This document shows, piece after piece, positions 10,050-22,815 of a stretch of 64,000 nucleotides of DNA; within the stretch, counting starts at the first letter, position 1; every line of letters begins with the position of its first letter. The translations under genes were made by a program, and so were the position numbers. The stretch covers positions 42,410,001 to 42,474,000 of the forward strand of contig NW_024704742.1 in assembly GCF_018977255.1 (NCBI RefSeq). Reading direction: 5' to 3'. The DNA is from Callorhinchus milii (taxonomy: Eukaryota). The notes beneath the pieces are model-generated. The model did not search any database. It was not told the DNA's origin and was given only the letters and a program-made list of their open reading frames with translations.

Positions 10050-10560
10050 CGTGGCAGTTCCCATGTATTACAATCTCTCCCTGGAGGGACATATCCTGCT
10101 TAGCTAATGTAGGTGCCAAGAGTTGTTTTGGGGTACTACTGGAGTTTAACCAATTAAAATTGCATATGCCACTGTCCGGCAAGCTTTCCCTCTGCTTGTC
10201 CAGCTAGGTCCACCCTACCTATTAAGGCTCTGGCTTGCAGGATTAACGGAAGCTGAGTGGGAAGAGTCCCTGCCCCCAATGACTGATCTGCCCTTGCAAG
10301 AACTACCAGTGAGTCAGGCTGGCTGTGCTGTCATCAGCAGTACCCTGGAATGCCTGGCTCCAGAACCGGACTACTGAGATCGCCACAGAGGGTTGACTTG
10401 ATTCTGACATTCGGTTGCCAGACAGTCATCTTGGAGTCAGTTCAGCTCCACGATGACCCGTTTCCCTTCTCCCCAAGGAGAACAGTCTCTAATTGGTCAA
10501 TGGTATCAGGAGCAAGTTTGCAGTGCAATTAGGACTGGCTTAACCCTTCCTCCCCCAGTC
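10050..10560 (+). repeat. Family X, right part
   Basis: Collinear with 53320-53750: CTCTCCCTGGAG.GACA.ATCCTGCTTA, GCTTGCAGGATTAAC, TCATCAGCAGT.CCCTGGAAT, GGACTAC.GAGATCGCCAC. Confidence 0.8.
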
Positions 10561-12962
10561 CTCCTCCACCCATTAGAGTGAATGTTTGGAAGTTAATTGC
10601 TGACAGAGGTGCAGTATAAACATAACCTCTCCAATCGCAAACAAAATGCCTACGTTCGAAACCGACAGAATAAACCATAGGAACGCTATAACTCACTGTT
10701 ACAAGATGTGAATAGCCTGACTGAAAACTGAGGAAGTAAAATAAAAGGAGTCATTATTTGTAATGAGAATTTTCCACTCTCCAGGCACTAGCACTGTTTC
10801 CCGTGGGAACAGATGCAAATGCATGCAGAGCAAAATTTACCACCCGAGTGCTGCTCAACATCTCTAATATATTTAGCCTCTCTCCTCACTATCTGGCACA
10901 GTATGAACCTCCAGCATTGCTATTACAGAGATGAAAGTATTATTTTGGCTTACACTGGATCAAATCCTCTGTTTGCTCCAATACGAAATATCAAAGTGCG
11001 TTAACGTTGGCACAGACAATGGCTACAAGTACAGTTGGTAAATGGAGCAGGTTAGTTACCGAAATCAGGGTAGTTTACTTACAGGAAATGTTGGCTTCCC
11101 AACATTAACTGAAACATACTTGGAGTCAAGTGTCCAAAATAAGTAAGCACAGAAGAGAGAGAAAAACTCTCTTAGCAAGCTGTTAAATATGTATAATAAC
11201 AATCACAATAATAATGCTTGATATCATGCCTTTCACATCGGGGAAAACGTCTCAAAGAGCTTTGATGGATATACTGTGAAGTGTAGTGACTCTGTATTTT
11301 TTAGGCAAAGGGGACAAGTTATACACAGCAATGTCTCACAAACAGTCATGAACTGAAAGATCTATTTTATTTGGGGTATTGTTGGTAAGAATACAGGGGA
11401 AAAATTCCTCTCTCTTATAGAAACCAAGAGGAGATTTTTATATAAAGGATAACTATCTGGGCAAATGCATTGTTTTAATAAAACCAAAATAACTTGATTG
11501 CTCCATATCCTTCAGCAGTATAAATGCTCAGCTATTTTAAGAGCAATACTGGAGACTTGACTGTTTGTTTGACTATAACAATTCTGCTATATTTATTCCA
11601 AGGGCACATTTAAAATGATAACAGTATGGAGTTCATCTGCCCAACTCCCATCAATCCAGCAATATCAACCAATTCTGAACACTTGGCAAGAAAAAGAAAC
11701 TTGTAACAAAGTATTTCCATATTAAACAATGTGTGTTTGCCACATTGCTATTCAGTGCTAGAAGGACATGACAACTGCTCCCAGCAGGTTTGTTCCACTG
11801 TAAATCTGAACACATTTGTTTTCCCTCTAAAAAGGTAATCCGAAGCAAAGTATATCCTGGCACCATCAGAATAACTACAGCAACTGCAAAAAAATAATTA
11901 GTAGTTGCAAAAATAAGGAGGGGTTGGACATGTCTGGCAAACTTCCAGCGTTTTTGCTGAGAGCAAAGACAAGGTAAGCAGGAACCATAGCCAACGTCTG
12001 CTTTCAGCATCAAAGCAAACGGCTCAGTCCTTCAAATTCCTTCAGGATTAAATCACACTATTTCAATATAATGGCCAAGAGCAGATGGTATGTTGAATAA
12101 ATTTTTTTTTAACCTTAAAAGCCACAAATTATATCCCGTGCACCTGTGAGAAATGAAATAAAATCGAGTGATGTAAAATGTCGTGATACAGTGATATACA
12201 ATTATCTCAGAAACAGGCCATTTGACCCATCAACTCTGCAATGATGCTTTGCTCATATGAGCCACCGGATCTAATCCCACTATCCCGGTTTGCTGCCCAA
12301 TACTTGAATATCCCTTGTAGTACAGTACTGTACGATAAAACAGGGACAAAAGATGAATATTTAACAAAGCATCATATTACTCCTATTTCCAAATTCTACT
12401 TGGGTTCTGTGTTTTTTTTGCACTCCCCTTTATAAATCACATTTCCACATTTTTTTAAAACAAGGTACTAGACATTCATGCTGGCTAGTAACAGCTAAGA
12501 GCTCTAACCTTGTCTGTGGGCTCTCCAACTATTTATGTCTCATCTTTTATCTGTCTATAAACCAAACTCTGAGCTAGCTGGAAGATGGAGGCCATTTGGT
12601 CTGAAGCTGTCTACTCTAATCCCATTCCCCTGCTGTTTCCTCAGTGTCTCTTAATATTTTTTCATCACGTATTAAAAAAATTTTCTTTTCAATTATTTTA
12701 GAGACTCCACCTCAACAGCCACATGTAGTAAAACATTTGACAGTGCAACAGGTCTTTTGTGACAAATTATTCTAACCTCTCTATTGATGACCTTCTAGTG
12801 TTAATCTTCAATTGATACCTTACCGTCTTTCTGATCAGTAGAAGTTATCTTCCTTGTAAAAAGCCTTCATAATTTTGAAACCGTCCATGTGGAAAGACCT
12901 AAAAAGCAATACAGAATCTCTCCATAGAACTATAACCTCTCATCTGAGTGACTCTCCATGTT

Positions 12963-13469
12963 ATAAGAACATAAGAACATAAGAAATAGGAGCAGGAGTA
13001 GGCTACTCGGCCCCTCGAGCCTGCCTCGCCATTTAATAAGATCATGGCTGATCTTCTAACCTAATTCCGTTTACCCGCCCTATCCCCATATCCCTTAATC
13101 CCTTTAGCTTTTAAAAATTTATCGATCTCAGTCTCAGTTCAATGACTGATCATCCACAGCCTTCTGGGGTAGAGAATTTCATAAATTCACTACCTTCTGA
13201 GTGGAGAAATGNTTTTTTAACTCAGTTCTGAAGGGCTGACCTTTAATCCTGAGACTATGACCTCTACTTTAAGATTCTCCAACCAGGGGAACCAGTCTCA
13301 CACTATTTAACCTGTCAAGACCCTTAAGAATCTTATAGGTTTCTGTAAGATCACCTCTGATTCTTCTATATTCTAGAGAATATAGGCATAGTCTACTCAA
13401 TCTCTCCTTGTAGGTCAACCCCTCATCCCAGGAAACAATCTAGTGAACCTACGTTGCATCCCCTCTAAG
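12963..13469 (-). mobile_element. CR1 LINE 3' fragment (shark HER1-like) with (TTCTTATG)n tail
   Basis: Reverse-complement translation QRRFTRLFPGMRG...RRIRGDLTETYKILKGLDR...RGHSLRIKGQPFRTE; 3' GATCAGCCATGATC...GAGTAGCCTACTCCTGCTCCTATTTCTTATGTTCTTATG. One ambiguous base (n) at 13212. Confidence 0.92.
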
Positions 13470-13474
13470 TTTAT

Positions 13475-13790
13475 GTTTATGTTTGCTGGTCTCAGGGGGG
13501 TTGCCTGAGGAGGCAAAGTGGACCTGGCTTTTTCAGGGATAGGGAGGGACACTAGTCAGGAATAATTCTCCTGGCACTTCTACACCACCGTACTGATTGT
13601 GCTCAAGTGCAGGTGCTGGATGAGGAGAGGTCAGGCTTGGCTGTGACTCCTACTATAGCCAAGTGGCTCTCAAATGAAAAAAGGCAATGCTACAATGAAC
13701 AATGGCTACCAGAGCAGAGAACTGGTAGGTATCAGTACCCTTGGAACTCCACCCAGCAATAGGAGAGAGCCCAGGAGTATTGGGGGAAAC
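13475..13790 (+). mobile_element. LF-SINE-like old SINE remnant (3' half)
   Basis: GCTGGTCTCAG...TCAGGCTTGGCTGTGA...GAACAATGGCTAC...CCCTTGGAACTCCACCCAGCAA resembles shark LF-SINE-like elements as I recall them. A similar block lies at 56205-56430. Confidence 0.45.
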
Positions 13791-14721
13791 ATATTTGATA
13801 CACTAAATTAATAACAAAATAAAAAATATACCAGTTGATCAGAGATTGATTAGTGAGAGAACAGAAACAATAATATCGAACAAACTACTGAGGGTTGCTG
13901 TACTGTGAATTTTATTCCGACCGCTGTTTGATGGTAACAAAATTAACGCTACAACATAGTGTATCTCTCAGCTGCTCCTACTAGCTGAGACATCTCCACT
14001 TTGCTTCACTCCTTGCTGGAAGGAGCACTTTGAAGCTCCACGAGATGTTATTCTATGTGAAGGTCGCTCTATAAATTCAAGTTGTTGCTGTATTAACTCC
14101 TTTACTATATTCCTGCCATGGCAAAATGTTACCATAATTAGTCAACAATGTAAGGCACATCAAAGGTGAAAACAAACACCCAAAGTGACTCTTTGGTGGA
14201 AAGCAGAAAATGAAGAATGTGGTACAACAATAGACAAGATTTCACAATGTTGAGTACATCAAAGCTGGAGAGATATATCACAAAGTTTAATCTAAAAACT
14301 GGCTGCGGGTGTAAATCCCTCTTTCTGTCTCCTCACACGACCAACTTCAGCACAAGGGTGGGCTGAACGCCAGTTTAAAGATTTTAGTCTATTGCTTTTA
14401 TTGCTGGTAGCAGCTGTGTTGCAGTGTGCACAATTTCAGTGCCAGTTCATGGGATATAGGAGTTAAACCAGTACCTTGTGAAGCTGCATTGTCACACTCC
14501 AATAACACAAGCATTTTTGTGCTCAGCCCTTGAGACCTTGTGTGTGCCAGAGGTGGTTGGGGTGCATTCATTTCAGTTCTGACCCGTATTATATTGGATT
14601 CGCCTCACTTTTTTACTGAACTGGTCCAAAATGGTCAATATTATTCATTGGTATGCTTTAATTTCAGATTATTGCAACTAAAAGATCAAAAAAGATAATG
14701 CCTTGAAAGATATAGTCATAA

Positions 14722-15295
14722 TGGTCCTTGCATTTGCTATAGCGCTTTATCATTGTGTGGAAATTGTTCAAAGCGCTTCACAGGATTACTGTAAAGCATA
14801 GTGATTGTGTATAGGCAAATGTGGTAGTCAATTTGCACACAGCAATGTTCCACAAATGGCATAAAGTGAATGACCAATTTTATCTGAAGCATTGTTGACC
14901 AGGATACCAAGAGAAACAACAACAACAAAATTACATTTGTATAGCGCCCTTCACATTGGGAGAACGTCCCAAGGCGCTGGACACACAGAGTTACAGACCC
15001 GAGCTGGAGGTCGGGGTGGGGGAGGGTGGAGGCCAGTCAGAGAAGCAGGGAGATCGAAAACATGGTTAAAGAGGAAGGTCTTAAGATGGGTCTTGAGATG
15101 GGGGCAAGGGAGGAGGTGAGGCAGAGGAACTGCAGGATGGAGTTCCAGAGGGTGGGGACAAAGTGGCGGAAGGCCCGCCCGCCAATAGGGGGGCGAGCAA
15201 TGCCGGGGACGTGAAGCAGGCCGGAGCCCGCTGAGCAGAAGAAACCTTCTTCCTCTTTACAAATAGTGTTATGGTTTCTTTAATATCTATCTCAA
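14722..15295 (-). mobile_element. DeuSINE 3' part split by an L2 3' fragment (L2 at 14915-15238, same strand)
   Basis: SINE ...CCAGGATACCAAGAGAAAC | (AAC)n L2 tail ... L2 ... | AGAAACCTTCTTCCTCTTTACAAATAGTGTTATGG. Rejoined, this matches the intact DeuSINE at 37281-37340. AGAAAC may be a target-site duplication. Confidence 0.82.
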
Positions 15296-15309
15296 TATGA
15301 ACTCACCAT

Positions 15310-15510
15310 ACGGCCCTACTCTTTGGGAATCCACCACTGTGTCCCTTTGCCTCACCTGCTCCCTCTCTACATTTAAAGTCTACCTTAAGAACCATTTTTT
15401 CAGCCACTCTTTCAGTCACTTCCTCTCCTCCACTTCCCCAGTCAGCTGTGTGAAGTGTTTTGAGATGTTCTGATATGAAAGACCCTATATAAATGTGAAT
15501 TCTTGTTGTT
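15310..15510 (+). mobile_element. Old L2 3' fragment
   Basis: TTTAAAGTCTACCTTAAGAACC...TGAGATGTTCTGATATGAAAGACCCTATATAAATG...TTGTTGTT. Confidence 0.72.
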
Positions 15511-15819
15511 AAACGAAAGCTTTGTGCTCCTAAGGTGAAGGACATTAGTAACGGGAAAACAAAGCATTTTACCAGTTCGGGCATCCAGTACCAGCCTCAA
15601 GCAAGACAATTGAGCGGCTGAATGTATCAGCCTCAACTTTGTGCTAGCAATGTTTCAATTTCTCCATTTTCCACAAAAGTCATCTGTGTGACCCGATTGA
15701 ATAGGATTGTCAACTCGACCAAAACCACAGGCTGTTTGTGCTATCATTCGCTTCGAGCTAGACTAAGAGTACACAAGCACATTGTTGTAATAGGACCTTG
15801 ACAGCCGACAGAGAAATAC

Positions 15820-15990
15820 TTTGCTTGGATGCATGGAATTCTCAGTTTGCATAGGATACTCTTAAGCATGTGTCAGAAACTCGGCTGACCAAACATAAGT
15901 CTTTGCTTCTACCAGGCTGGGCCAGAAACAAACCCAGGAACCATAGGTGAAAGAGTACATTGCTAACTCCCTACACCACCCAATCTCCAG
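15820..15990 (-). repeat. Family X 5' end with degenerate tRNA-like head
   Basis: Reverse complement: GGTGGTGTAGGGAGTTAGC...CTTTCACCTATGGTTCCTGGGTTTGTTTCTGGCCCAGCC...TTTGGTCAGCC...GACACATGCTTAAGAGTATCC. Confidence 0.6.
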
Positions 15991-16780
15991 CTGATCAATA
16001 TTGCTTATTTCAGGAATGAAAATAAGTCAAAGTAGTCACGTAACACACTAGGCTAATAATCACCCAGTTATCGGAGATTGACACTTTTCTCTTGCCTCAT
16101 TGCCTGCAAAGGTTATTATTGAGGACAATTTTGCATCATGTCACACAACATATAATATCACTGCTGTTTCTTTTCAGCAAAATGAATTTCAGCGACACCA
16201 TTCTCTTTGGAGTTCTCCAGAGCACTAGTCTGCAATTACACTATGTATCTGACAAGCTGAAAGGTTACCTGATAGAGCGTACTGAAGTGAATAACTTTTT
16301 ACACAAAGAGAACTATTAGCTCAATCTTTTATAAGATGACTATTATTCAGCTGTCGAGAAAGATTACGATTACTCCATGGGCAAAAGACGATTGTGCTGC
16401 GTGGTTCAAATAATGTCAGAAATATTGCTGAAAGGTGGACATTGTGAATGCCTTTGAGAATTGCAAATCTTTATTTAATGCATTGACGGACAACACAACT
16501 AGTCAAATCATCACAAATTGCCCCAAAAGCTTTTCCCAATAGTTCAATTATCTATCACTTCAAATAAAAGCCAGGACACAAATCATCCAGTGATGCAGTG
16601 CTAGCAAGTGAACGCAAATTAAAGATCCATTATTTATGTATAGTATTCCATTTAAATGTGATCGCTTGTTTACAGATGAAGTGCTGTCAAATTGTGAAAT
16701 ATTGGCACATCACATGGCAGCTCAGCAGAGCAAAGCAAAGCAGAATGGAACAGAGTTTAAAGTGAAGAGGTGAAAAGTAC

Positions 16781-17195
16781 AATAATAATAATAATCCTTG
16801 CATTTGCCTATAATGTCAAAATGTCTCAAGAGCATTTTAAAGAGCTTTTTTCTGTCAAGTGGTAGTAATTGTTGGCATTATTTGTAGAGAAACACGGTAG
16901 CTATTTGTGCACTGTAATATTTCACACAGGGCCATGAAGTCAATTATATTTGAAGGATTGTTGGCCAGGTCACTGGAAGAAACTCCCTTCTCTTTTCAAA
17001 TGGTGTCATAAAACCGTTACCATCTACTTGATCGAGCAGACAGGATCTCAGTTTAATACTTCACCTGAAGGACGGCACCTCCCCCAGCATTGCATCTGAG
17101 TGTTATCCTAGATTAGGAGCACAAAGCTCTAATATGGTGCTCACACCCACAGACATTTGACTCAAGGGTGAGAGTGCTGCCAACAAGGTTGATAC
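16781..17195 (-). mobile_element. DeuSINE, near full length, old
   Basis: (TTA)n tail, Deu domain (CTCAGTTTAATACTTCACCTGAAGGACGGCACCTCC) and tRNA-like head (GGGTGAGAGTGCTGCCAAC). Confidence 0.82.
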
Positions 17196-17594
17196 TGTCT
17201 CTGGTGCAATATTTTGTAAATCCACATCCTATTTATTTTCATACATATCATTTAGACTTTACATCACAATATCAGGGTAAAGATTTGAGCTGTTCATTAA
17301 TTTAACTGAGACGTTAATTTTCTGCATAATTTATGATATGTTTTAATTAAAATCCTCAGGGCCACACATTTGTAGCTGTATACACCTATTGGCCATGAGG
17401 TGACAGTGTCCCACCCCTGTCCTCTGAGTGCTCTGATTTTGAAACTTGTTCTGTAGCCATGATGTTTTCTATTCTTGAAGCACAAGGCAATTTCCATACA
17501 ATGCCTTCGATGAATCTATTTCTCAATCTAACAGCCGTGCAGAGCAGGTATTTCTGCAAATTCTTTTTTAAAACCAAAGTGCCACATGAGAGAC

Positions 17595-17935
17595 TCCTTC
17601 ACAAATTGCTGTCACTGGGTATCAAATGTTAAGACATGGATAATGATTTAAAATTGGCTGAAGGGACGGAAGCAGAGGGCTGTTGTTAGTGGAATTAGGT
17701 TAAAATGGGAGAGGATTAAGCGGGATGTCACAGGGGTCTGTACTGGGACCCCTTCTGTTCCTCGTATACATTAATGACCTGGATTCAATGATTCAGTCCA
17801 GCGTAGTTCAATATGCAGGTGACACCAAGTGGGGAGGAACTGTTGGAATCAGAAGAGCACCAAAGGTCTTAGAGAAAGCTTGATAGGGCTTGCACTTGGG
17901 CTAATAGTTGACAAATAATGTTTAATACAGATCAA
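17595..17935 (+). mobile_element. CR1 LINE RT fragment
   Basis: WLKGRKQRAVV...QGSVLGPLLFLVYINDLD...YAGDTK, degenerate CR1 RT motifs. Confidence 0.85.
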
Positions 17936-18196
17936 TGTTTACCTAGCAGTAAGTATTTAGTTGTTAGTCGATTGGCAGATTGCTTTTCTGGGGGTAATTC
18001 CTTCAAAATAATAATAATAAATTGGTCACTTCAATCCACAGTTGTTTGTGGGCCACTGCTGTGCACAATTGGCGGCTGGGTTTCGCCCACAAATATACAG
18101 TCAATTCACTTTACAGTATATTCTGTGAAGCGCTTTGAGACGTCTCGAACATATGATGAAGCGTTATATCAAATGCAAGTATTATGATTATTATTA
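17936..18196 (+). mobile_element. tRNA-Ala SINE long subfamily, 5'-truncated
   Basis: Starts TGTTTACCTAGCAGTAAGT...GTTGTTAGTCGATTGGCAGAT and ends in the stem-loop and (TTA)n tail. Confidence 0.88.
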
Positions 18197-18459
18197 TATC
18201 TCATAGCAAGGATGAATTTGCCAAGGGGAACCTGAGAGAGATTGAGGTATATCAGTTTTGTGAATCCCTTCATATTCCACAGCCCGATCCACCCGTCATT
18301 AGTGGCCAAACTTTCATGCATCCTGTCTCCTCTCCCCTCACCTCTTGACCTCCATGCCATGGTCTCTCTGCCTCACTCCTTCCCTCCCACCTGAAACCTG
18401 CCCTTATGGGCTACCTTTTTGATTTTGCTTTCAGTCACCTTTTCACCCTAAGACATTAA

Positions 18460-18712
18460 GACTGTTAGAACTAAGGTCAGGAAACATTTCCTAACTCAAA
18501 GGGTTGTGAAGATGTAGTAAACTCTTTCCCAGAAAGCTGTAGCACTGGAATCTCTAGGGGTGTTTAAAGAGATCTTAACAGATACCTGAGGAGTAGAGAT
18601 GTTAAGGGATGTGGCAAAAGAGTAGGGATTAGAATTAAACCATCTAATAAACTGGTGGAACAAGCTTGATGGGCTGAATGGCCTCCTCCTGTTCCTGTTT
18701 TCTATGTTCTTA
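18460..18712 (+). mobile_element. CR1 3' fragment
   Basis: AGGAAACATTTCCTAACTCAAAGGGTTGTG...GATGGGCTGAATGGCCTCCTCCTGTTCCT...TTCTATGTTCTTA. Confidence 0.82.
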
Positions 18713-20354
18713 TTAATGTTGCAGTAGTTCAAGGTAGGAAAGGCACTTGTTCTGACAACTTTTATCTCAGAGTTCTAAAGGAATTGGCTCAGGTAATTCT
18801 TCATTGCCTCACGGATATTTTTCAGAGTTCACTACAATCGTGGAATTCCCAAAGGATTGGGAAACAACAAACACAACTCTCATCTTTATCAAAGCAGGGT
18901 GGGAAATGAGCCAGCAAAGTACAAAAAGAGAACAGGGTGTTTTGGAAGTCAAACTCACAGTGCTAATGAGCTAATCTCATACTCAAGTCATGATAATTAA
19001 CACATTCAGTCAGGACTGAAACAAATTTGCATGTTTATTCAGCACCAGTATAATTTAGTTTAGTTAAAACATTTTAGCATTTAAAAATGTTGTTCACTGG
19101 GTGTACTGAGTGCAATGGGAACAGTACAACACAGATGAGAGACTATTATGCATCACGGTGATGCACTTACTAACGGTTTATAATAACAGCATTTTTTTTT
19201 AATTCTTGCAGGTTTGAGACATCTTCCCGATGTGAAAGGTGCTACAGTTATCTCAAGTCCGAAGAACATTACTGATTATTATCAACACAAGAACAATATA
19301 TGCTGTGTATCTTACATTGGGAAAGTGCCTCATTGGATAGACAGCTTTTTTATCTTTATGGACAAGAATCCAAATAATTGCATAAAGACCTTATGCACAA
19401 CAGAAGTTTTAAACAATTACTGTCAAATCAGATTGAACCGTATTCCTAAAAAATAAAAGGACACATTACTGAGAGTCGAGCTACGTATCTATATAAAGGA
19501 GATGTGTTCAAAGAAATACATTTGTCCTGAAGTGTAATGAGGTTCTGTTTTAGATGTTGCAGGCTGGTGGTGCGGGGCTGACAAATAAATCGATGAGATT
19601 ATTAATCCAATGATATGTGCCTTATACCTTTATTGGTTTATCGAACAAGCTATTCCAATGCTTAGATTCCCATTACATAAAAATACATTTCAAAAAGGAA
19701 AGAGATTATTGAAAGTGATAAACAAGGTGACTCATCAGAAGGATATTAAACAAAACAAACTGCTTCTTTCATACTTCCTCATGGGATCATTTAACAATTT
19801 GAAAGAACAGAGAGAAACAATAATTTACCTTTATATAGTGTCTTTCATGTAGGATAACACCTCAGAGGGTTTTTGCTGAGTGGGTCGTAGAGTAGGGCCG
19901 AAGAGGAAGGGAGAAGGTGACCATAAACTCAAAGAAATTAGGTTTTAAGGTAGAGGCATTTGTTGTGACATAGGAGGTGGGAGACATGGCAGAGGTGAGA
20001 AAAAATGTCTTGGTCAGGTACTAGATGTGAGAGAAAAAGAAGAGCTGTGAATTAAACTGGACGCCAAGATTGGACTTGGAAGCTCACTCAGTTGAAGATT
20101 GATTTATAGAAATGTTTTTGATAGAGAAAGTTCATTCAGAGTCCTTAATATATTGATCTCCTATCAGTTTTCAAAACAAGTTGATTTCCTGGTGGACAAA
20201 ACTGAGAATCCCCTCACTCACACCTTCATCAAATCCAGGGTCAATTATTCCCATGCCCTGCCCACTGGACTCTCCTGCAGTACTATGGGCTTAGCTGGCT
20301 CTCAAACCAAATTACAGAGACCGTCACAGAGGATGGAGTTGATTGTGACATTAA

Positions 20355-20680
20355 ACAACATTAACAAATTGCATCTGTATGGAGCCTTTCATGCCGGATG
20401 GCGTCCCAAGGCACTGGACAAGGGTTTGCAACTGACCCAGGGGTTGGCATCAAGAGGGGTGGGGACCAAGGTGGTTGGAGGTGGGAAGATGACAAAAGCA
20501 TGGTCAATGAGGAAGATCTTGAGATGGGTCTTAAAGGATACGAGGGAGGGGGCAAGGCAAAGGACATGGAGGAGGCCAGTCCCGGCAAGTGAAGGGAGCA
20601 GGAAGCTTGGTAAGGTGTTCGTAGGTCACAGAGGTACAGAGAATCAAGACTGTGGAGGGCTTTGAAAGGAAGGTTGCAAT
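20355..20680 (-). mobile_element. L2 3' fragment
   Basis: Tail, stem-loop variant GGGACGCCATCCGGCATGAAAGG, and the FKTHLK/FKALH coding remnant on the minus strand. Confidence 0.8.
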
Positions 20681-20721
20681 CAGTTTCAAGCATATCACCA
20701 TACAGCCAACTCAGCTGTAAG

Positions 20722-20950
20722 GACACCCTGCTTCCCTCCCCATAATTGGGTGATCTTTAAAGTCTACCTGAACAAACAGAACAGACCTTGGTTTAACATC
20801 CAATCTGAAGTGATGGCCCCTCTGAAAATGCAGTGCTGCCCAATCACTGGACTGGACTGTCAGCGTAGAATATGAAATCAGATTTCCTGACATTGGACTT
20901 GAACCCATGACCTTTTGACCCAGTGGTGAGAATGCTACCAACTGAGCCTT
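20722..20950 (-). mobile_element. DeuSINE 5' half
   Basis: GATCTTTAAAGTCTACCTGAAC...GGTTTAACATCC...GGACTTGAACCCATGACC...GAGAATGCTACCAACTGAGCC. Confidence 0.8.
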
Positions 20951-22544
20951 AAACGACCTACTGTTATTTTTCAGTTCCATTGAGCTATGGAATCAAATTC
21001 TGTGTTCTCTTCGGGGAGATTTGTATTTGTTGATATTTGCATAAAAGTTCTACATTTTGAAAGTTCCTTTAAGAAATGAAATGATGTGCCAATCCATATC
21101 TGATGTTTAAAACCAGTCACCTTGAGTCAACAGCAACTGTTGAGCTCTGAATGCATTGTTTTTGAACATTCAGTATCAGGTCAAACTCAGAATAATGCCC
21201 TTGGCAAGGCATGTTCATCCTCAGCGCCTTTGCTCTGGGGAGTTTTAAAGCCATGGCTTCTGAATAAAGTGCTACATTTTATTTCCAACAGAATGATTGT
21301 CTCTTAGACTGTTAGAGATGGGGCACTGTTACTATGTCCTGGCTGTGGACATAATTGTCACATTGCTGGGAGGAAGTTAAAAACCTTTAAGTTGTATGTG
21401 ATTCATTTTTTTAATATCTTATATTCACGATCCACTACAGATGGTCCTGAACAGAGAAAGATTTTCTTTGCCAGAGTTGAGAGCAATGAAGAAGACTTTT
21501 ATGCATGAGATGTAGTTAGACCGTTCCCTAAGTTTGAGTAGTATAGATTATGTGAAGCTCCGCTAAAGGCACTTCAGAAGTCATTGTTTCACCTACTTTC
21601 CATAAGTGTGAATTTTATAATCCTTTTATTTGATATACTGCATTATTACATTGGAGTTTCATCCTAGATTTATGAGTTCAAAATCCTGACGTGCAGCTTG
21701 AACCCACAGCCTTCTGACTCAGAGGTGAGAGTACTACCAACTGTGTTGGGCTGTATTGGGTTATAGCAAAAGGTCAACTTATAGGCATTAAAAAATCTGA
21801 CAAGGATCTAATGAACTGATGGAACAGACCCGATGGGCTGAATGGCCTCCTCCTATTCCTTTTTTTCTATGAAGTTCAAGATATGGGACCTTCAAGGTCC
21901 ACTTGAACAAATAGATGGGACATTAGCTTCATGCCTCATCCGAATAAAGCAATTTTCTTAAATAATTAATAATTCATGTTTATTTCAGTAATGTCACTAT
22001 AGTGGGCACCAAACAATTTCTTTAATAAATTCAGTTACACTTTCCTTAGTTCCTTAATAAATCTGTAATTATTACCTATGTTGCAAGGTATAAATTCTTA
22101 AGCAAATAAATTCCCCATGCATACAAACAATTTAAGACAACCTGATCATAGAAATGAATTTAGAGTTTTCATTACAACAACAACATTTATATAGTGCTCT
22201 CCACGATGGGCGGAGTCCATTAACACGTTCTTTCACGTGTTTGAACATCTCAAAATGTTTCAAAGAATGATAGGGATGTCTGTGTGACAGGAGAGGAGGG
22301 GAAGATGACATAAATAGGAGAAAAGAGCAGAAGATTGCAGAGTTAAGATGGGGTAAGACTGTGAAAAGATTAACACATTGATTGCATCAACTCATCTTAA
22401 AATGTTAATTATAACATTGTAGTCAGGTGCTGTCTTAACCTCTGGAGTTTGAAGTGAAGGAAAATGCAAGACTAGAGGAGAAGCTGTGAAGGTCAGCGAA
22501 TTTACTGAGCAGTGGAAATGGGATGGATTTCAAATCCAACGTCA

Positions 22545-22815
22545 AATAGCTCTCCAAAATGAGAGGGGATACATATAACAGAGCCTGTACTAGATCCAGT
22601 TGGGAATTTAGGAGGTACTTCTTCATGCAGAGGGTTGTCAGAATATGGAACTCAATTCCGGAAGCTGTGGTTGAAACAAAAAGCATTAACGTATTTAGGA
22701 GAAGCGAATAGAGGGATAAAGAGAGCGGAATAAAGGATTGAGGCCTGTGTGGAGTATAAATACGGTCTAGTTGGGTGGAATGGCTTGTTTCCAAGCAATA
22801 TCACTCTATGTAACT
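22545..22815 (+). mobile_element. CR1 3' fragment
   Basis: AGGAGGTACTTCTTCATGCAGAGGGTTGTCAGAATATGGAACTCAATTCC (R.YFF.QRVV.IWNS.P) and GAATGGCTTGTTTCC. Confidence 0.8.

Noticed and set aside
13212..13212. Ambiguous base n
   Set aside because: Sequencing or assembly ambiguity inside a CR1 fragment; no biological meaning.
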